A DNA stretch of 64,000 bases from Eledone cirrhosa (Eukaryota), in assembly GCA_964016885.1 (NCBI GenBank), contig OZ024740.1, positions 86,862,001 to 86,926,000 on the forward strand, read 5' to 3'. Shown here piece after piece: positions 57,274-64,000 of the stretch. The position numbers were made by a program, and so were the translations under genes. Within the stretch, counting starts at the first letter, position 1. Each line of letters starts with the position of its first letter. Under the pieces are notes generated by a model. The model ran no database searches and was not told the origin of the DNA. It was given only the letters and a program-made list of their open reading frames with translations.

Positions 57274-59399
57274 CTGTCAACAAAATTGACATATACCAAC
57301 AGGAAGCAGCAAAGAAAGAAAATGAGAAGGAAGTGGAGGAGGAAGAAGAAGAACATTAAGATACAAAGCAATGATAAATCAACAAGATTGGTATTAAACA
57401 CACACAAGATTGCTGCAAAAGATGTGATTAGGTAGCAAAATATATATAGAAGTTTTAATGGAATAATTAGTGTTCAAAATGCAAATGGATTAACATTAGT
57501 AGATTATAAGTTAATTATATCATGCTAAGTTAATTATCAAAAATAATTAAATTATACCACCTAAAGAAAACAAAATGTCATGCACTTTTTTTTCAATGCT
57601 ATTTCCAGTATCTTCACAATTTTACACACCCGAGGAAACCTTCAGTTATACACTGCACTTCTCATGGATTATTAACACAATGAGGAATGGAAAAAATGTT
57701 AAAGCAGTGTTTTCTAAAATGGCATCCACAAAACAAAAACCAAAAACAGAAAAAGTATCTGCTATTTTACAAAATAAACTGATTTATAAATAATTCTTTT
57801 TTCTACAAATAAATTTTCTCCCTAAAGCAATTTTTGTTCATTTAATGTCTCAGTAAAATTAAAGCAGTCAGGATAATTTGTAAAATATAGAAATGGGTTC
57901 CATGAATTTTTTAAAATCAAATAAGAGTTCCATAACAAAATAAGTTTTGAAAACCCTGTGCTAGATTGTTTGATGAAATGCTTTGTGATATTTAGTTAGA
58001 ACTCTTTACATTCTGAATGGAAGCCTGTCCAGTCAAAATTTGCATCCAAAGTCAAACTGAATGCTATTTCAATACTGGAGTCCAAATTTGAGTTTTGGGG
58101 CTTATGTTATAAATAAATATTGTAACATATGGAGACAAGAATGCTCATGTTGTGACCAAAGCCCTTCCCTAGAAAAATTAAACAAATATTAATAACAGCA
58201 CAAATATATGTTTTGAAATCTATATTTTCAGTGCCGCCACAAATATTTATATTTCTCTCTGATGAATGGTATTATTAAATAAATTTGTCAATGCAAACCA
58301 CCTCTAAATTTTCATGTTTGCCTTTCAAACTTTCACTACTTGCATATTAAATTGGACTGAAATCAAAATTACTTATTTGATAATTACAAACAGTAGACAA
58401 TAGCAATTCACCATTGAAAGTTCAGTGTGTGTGTAAAATATGGAAATTAACTGAAGAAAACTTGGTATGACACAGCCAAAATATCATTTAAACAACAAGA
58501 AAAACAAGGAAATGCATGGAAAACATGGAAAACATTATAATGAAATATTTTACTAAATATTTTACTAAACTCATAATTTTTACTAAACTCATAATTTACT
58601 AAACAAAATGTTTAAAATCTATTTTTTAAACCAATCTTATGAAAAATTTGCAGACATGGTATATAAGCATTGTTTGAAAAATATATCATAAACTGTATTT
58701 TACTGAATTATATGATTAGTCAGTAAAAATTATATAATAAATGGAGATATTTTACTCCTAATATATATTGACTTCAATTATCCAAACATTTAATATCAGC
58801 TATTTCTTAATTTATTTCAACAAAATTATGTATAAATAATAATTTAAAAAATGTCATGAATAAACTGATGTGCATCCAAAATACAAGTAACAAATATAAT
58901 CCTCCTAACTTATTATTAGCTCAAATTACAGAACACAACTAAATAATATAGGTTTGCAAACAAAAATATTTCCTCATAACTAAAGGTTTTACACAAGTAA
59001 CATTATGAGACCGAAATAATTACAATCAACATGCATTGACTGCTTTTTTTCTTTCATTTGTTACTATCTGTCTATATATCATTACAACCAACATAATGGT
59101 GTTAATAGTAACAAAGAGGAAAATATGTACTCAATACATGTTAATGAGTATAACTATTTCATTTGGTTGAAGCCATGTGTCATTACTTGTGTTTCTACAG
59201 GTACAGGCATTTTACTAGTTTGTAGTGAGAATGTTGTTGGAACAGGAATATCTTTAAAGGATTTTAAATTGAATTGCCTTGTACACAAGCAAAAGGAATG
59301 TTTCATCCCTTACAGCTTCATGCTAGTTACAATTATTACAAAGTCCATGGTATATCTTTGCTTTTGTGACAATACATCACTTAATTATAATGTTCTCTA

Positions 59400-60330
59400 T
59401 TCTTGTTCTTCAAATTCCAGATGTATTTTGACAATGCAGTAGTGTTGAATTTGTTTCTCTATCTCAATGCATAGATGTACTGTGTATGATTTTTGCATGC
59501 TCTAAACAACTACATTGGTACTATAAACAAGCTTCTTTAAGAGACAGTTATGGTTAAAAGGGCAATTATCTATGTTTATGCAGTTTCATTTGTGTTTGGG
59601 TGGTTGTGTGATATTTCTGGATACTTCATTTAGTTGAAAATTTAAGATCCCTAAATTTCCTAAACAACTCTAGCTTGCCTAAATAGAATTCCTATTAAAG
59701 ATTTCCTGCTATCTATAAGGAGAAAGGAAGTGTGAACTTAGAGTTAGGAAGAATGTTGCTATATTTGTAGACATTTCTATAAATGACAGATTATCATTAA
59801 TTTTTCTATTTCATTTTTAGGAGTGATTCTATAAACTTTACCTTCTTATTAAAACCACTTCTTCTTAACGCTTTATTATGGTTTGGGGCAATTTTCTTAA
59901 ATATATTTCTGACTAAATGATAAAGTAGGAAGTATGTATGCTGATATTGTAAGTGAGGTGTTTTACGTCTGCTTTTCCCTGCTTGCAAGGGTTTATAGTT
60001 AATGATATGTCTCAGAAATGTACTATTTAGAAGTTTATTATTTTCTGATTGAAGTGCTTCAATATACATATTTCTAATTATATCCATCTTATTTGTTCAT
60101 ATTATTGGATAAAATGAGTCTGCCCCTTCTGTATAATTGCATATTTATGTCTTTAACTCGATTTCAGAGTGTGTAGCATAAATAAGCTGACAAAATACGA
60201 TATACTTGCACCATCATAACTAGCCATAGACACACCCACAAGATTGTTTCTGTATTTCTTAATCAGTTGTTTTGTGTTAATTACAATATCGATGTAAATG
60301 TTAGTAATAGTGCCTTACATATTACTGAGT
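59400..60330 (-). mobile_element. Degenerate Penelope-like element fragment
   Basis: IFKKIAPNHNKALRRSGF (PLE RT C-terminal helix) followed by NCINIDNCPFNHNCLLKKLVY (CNC..CP..CL..VY linker before GIY-YIG). Confidence 0.65.
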
Positions 60331-63081
60331 ACTAAAGCTTACAGATGAACACTTTTAGAGGTGGATAAGTGCAATATTGGACTGTATTTAAAGTTGATTT
60401 TATCTTTATTGCTATAAAGCCACATGATAAATTCATAACAAACTGTAATTGTTGTATTTATGAAAGCTAACGCTTTAACTAACTATTCTGAGTTTGAATG
60501 CTATAGGGTTAATTGGCCTCTATTTGGAGTTTCCTGTAACATTATGATTATGTGCCTTAAATGTTAAATATGCCTGACAGAGGTTGAAGCATTTAATATA
60601 GTTGACTAACTTTAACTGTAACTTCATTTAATATAATATGCATGTAGAGCTAGTATTATCATATGCATTTTTTATAATGTCTCATATTAGTATCATATAG
60701 TAATACACTACATTATTCAACCACCTCCAACTTCACATTTTATTGTGATTTATCCCATTTCTTTTCATACTATTTAAATAATTATATATTTTATTGGCCA
60801 CATTTCATTAACTCCCATTGATTGTCAACTGGGAATGACATCTCTGGGTTCAATGCTCACTAATTTCTACAAGTCACTCATTAATGATGTAAAGCCTTCT
60901 GTCACTTTTCATATACATTGATTTTTTTCCATTATGGTAAATTACTGTCATCTAAAGCATTAAAAATATGTGGGGACTAACACAAGAACACATATCTAAA
61001 ACTCCAAGTAGAATATATGTATACATCTCTTTCTCTCACTCTCTATATATATATGAATACATACTTGTGTATATATTTACTCATACATATGCATATATAT
61101 GCACACATATATACATATATATACATAGATAAATGCATATAAATATATATATATATATAGTGCTAGTTAATTAACCAACACAAGTGTATGCAGGATAGAG
61201 CACTCAGCGAAGTATACATGTATGTCTGTATACTCTGGAGTATTGGTATAACCATGAAGAAGTCAGTAGGTTAGAATTGTTACACAATCGCTCTTATACA
61301 TATTAATATACATAACAGTGATTGTGTAACAATTAAATGAGGTAAATTCTAACCTAGTGACTTCTACTTCATATATATATATGTGTGTGTGTGTGTAGTT
61401 TGAGAGAGAGAGAAACACAGATACATAGCTATGTATGTATTAATTGTTAATGAGAACTAGAATAAAAATTTATAGAGTCACTTTTATATTGGAATATGTA
61501 TAACTATCATTAATGGCAAAACAATAAAATGAAATGAAAAATGTTTGTAGAAGCACAAATGTACATGTAAATTAATTGATCAGCTGACAAGAATTTGTTA
61601 ACAAGGGAACAATGATAAAGCTGGAAGCAAGCTATATATAAACAATAGTTCAACATTATTTAAAGAGGTGTGTATGTGAGAAAGAGAAAAACAGAGGAGG
61701 AAAGAAAAACATTAAACAAAAATTTCACTATATAAACTGTGTGAGGTTTGGGGTAGGGAAGTTTGTAAAAATGGTTGGGATTGAACAAAATACAACAGAT
61801 TAAGAATCAGAGATGAGAAAAATGATTAAAAGGTAACGCAGAGACAATAACAACAAAGCAAAGAAAACCATATTAAAACAAATAAATAAAGGAATAAATA
61901 AATAAAAACACTAGTTCCAACAGCAAATTAAATTAAATACAAACAAAAACACCCAAGTTAATTAATTAAGCAACAGTAAAAGGAGTATAAACCTAACCAA
62001 ATGTTTTATACAGCTGGCTGCAGTAGGAAAAGCTCTGAAATGGCTCTTATCAAATTTTAATTGAATTTAAAAAAAAAAGAAAGAACACATTTTAAAATAT
62101 GCATTAAGTATCGACTGGAATATCTTAATTGCAGCCAGAATGTAACAAGGAAGATGGGTAAAACAAAGAAGGAAACACATGTTTGCACACACATAAATAT
62201 ACACATAAAATAAGCATCAGTGTATCTAAGGAGAGAGAAATTGTCATTGCTGCAGCTAAATCACATACAAAAGACTATATTCTTTCTCTGGAGATCTTAA
62301 GGAATTGTCATATTTTAGGGTTGGGGGTGAACAGATAATCAGTTCTTTAAATGACTATTTGTGTCACTTACAAACCATAAGCAGATGTATTTTTTTTTAT
62401 ATTAGTCCAGTTACTAGTAAAGAGTGAAAGCATAAGGTTAGGTTTTAGCAGAAGCCTATCTCCAAACATGATAAGTGTGACAATTCAGTATGTTTAATTT
62501 TTAACTGTTTAATCAAGGATGGGAGGGTAAGGACCACAATTCCTTTTCAGGGTCTCAGATACTGGAGCAAGGAAAGAGAGTGACTTCAAACTAGAGACCT
62601 AGCTTAAATGTTTCAAACAAAATGCATTTCATGGTCAGCTGGAGGTGTTAAACCAGGCTAATGGTTAATTCTAACATCTAAGGTTTCTACAGTTGGAATT
62701 GAACTCAGAATGCAAAGAGCCACAACAAATGCCATGATGCATCTCAGCTAATGCTTTAATTCCAGAAATTCTCTACTCTGAGCTGGTACTTTACGTTATC
62801 AACACTGAAAAGGTGAAAGACAACTATAGAGGGATTTGAACTCAGAACACAGAGAATCAGAGAAATATTGCAAAGCATTCTGCTTAATGTACTAATGACT
62901 CTATGAATATGCATTGATAACAATGAAATCTTCAAACATTAATGAATTCATTTGCTTTTCTTGAAATATATATTAGCAGAATAGAGAGAAATCTATATTG
63001 CACTTTACAGCAACTAGCAGCAGCAACAACAACAACAACAACAACAACCACAACAGAAACAGAAGCATAGCAAGGGCTTAC

Positions 63082-63126
63082 TTGACTCCTGGACTGCCAC
63101 TTGGGGCAAGGATTGTTAAAGCTAAC
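63082..63126 (-). CDS. Candidate 45-nt frame-preserving internal exon
   Basis: tttagtag| NAGNAG acceptor and CAA|gtaagc donor; open as LALTILAPSGSPGV or VSFNNPCPKWQSRSQ. Confidence 0.45.
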
Positions 63127-63216
63127 CTACTAAATACGTCAAAAGCAAAATTACTCTTACAATGAATTTGTATGTCTCCAATTACAATAAAATCCAGTAA
63201 GGATTGTGCTAATTGA

Positions 63217-63439
63217 TAATAATGGTTTCTTATATAGGCACAAGGCCAGTAATTTGGGGGGAGGGGAAAGTCGATTAAATCGACGCCAGTGCGTGACTGG
63301 TACTTTATTTTATCGACCTCATAAGGATGAAAGGAAAAGTTAACCTCGGCGAAATTTGAGCTCAGATCATAAAGAGCCGTAACTCTATGCTGCAAAGCAT
63401 GGCATCCGACCCTCTACCGATACTGCCAATTCACCGCCC
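63217..63439 (-). mobile_element. SINE family A, full length
   Basis: Reverse complement of 9732-9953. Confidence 0.88.
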
Positions 63440-63519
63440 TCTTGCTAATAGATAATAATAATTATATATACATATGCATATATATGTATATGTATGTATA
63501 TATACATATATATATGTGT

Positions 63520-64000
63520 GTCAGGTCACCAGTTGGTGTTACTGGTAACATGTATCCCAGTACAACCTGTCTCATGGCGACTAAACTGGCAACCCCACCA
63601 AGGTTTCTTGGTGAGGAGGGTGACTTTGGACATCCTGCAGTTTTAAAAACAAAACCTGTCAAAGGGCAAAGGAGCTCTTAAGAGTCAATGGCCATCCAAA
63701 ATCACTGGGAGAGATGACCCCTTAGCCTTTGTCAAGGCAGAATTCTAGAAGCAAAACTCTGATATAACACCTGCAACCCTGATGGTATCCATTGATGTTG
63801 ACTTGTTCTTCCTTTTGGTAAATATCATCTTGGTTAAGAGAGTGGGATTGGCTTTGTGCAGTGCCTTTGCTCACTATAAAAGCTTCACGGCACAGGCATT
63901 GCTTTATATCTGGAGATCTCTCTGCACTTGTCGTCACATGGTACCATGGGCCCAGCACTATGTGTCAATAATTCTCACAAGTATAGTGTTTGTACCAGAG
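63520..64000 (+). mobile_element. Probable RTE LINE 5' end, degenerate
   Basis: Starts after a (TA/TG)n tract and resembles 20790-20900; decayed endonuclease-like sequence follows. Confidence 0.4.

Noticed and set aside
61998-62034. 37-nt candidate minus-strand exon (tttcag|...TTG|gttagg)
   Set aside because: Weak polypyrimidine tract and ambiguous frame; cannot be supported without RNA data.

Overview
AT-rich eukaryotic (animal) genomic DNA dominated by repeats. It contains huge (TA)n/(TACA)n/(TG)n arrays, two tRNA-derived SINE families, many RTE-clade LINE fragments, two Penelope-like element (PLE) remnants, a piggyBac deletion derivative, a Helitron-type non-autonomous element, MITEs and two long minisatellites. 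This landscape resembles an octopod cephalopod genome (inference). Almost all long ORFs in the track are microsatellite artefacts. The right third (about 43-63 kb) probably holds the 3' end of a minus-strand gene with several candidate alternative terminal exons; the gene could not be identified. The most notable signal is a set of hammerhead ribozymes (HHRs). Two homologous ~310-nt non-coding elements (34.45-34.76 kb, minus; 40.20-40.55 kb, plus) each carry a type I HHR with covarying stems and are circular permutations of each other, as expected for retrozymes copied from circular RNA. A third, unrelated canonical HHR lies at 1.55 kb. Variant or minimal HHR-like motifs occur in the PLE 3' region (3.97 kb) and in a fold-back repeat at 16.4-17.4 kb.
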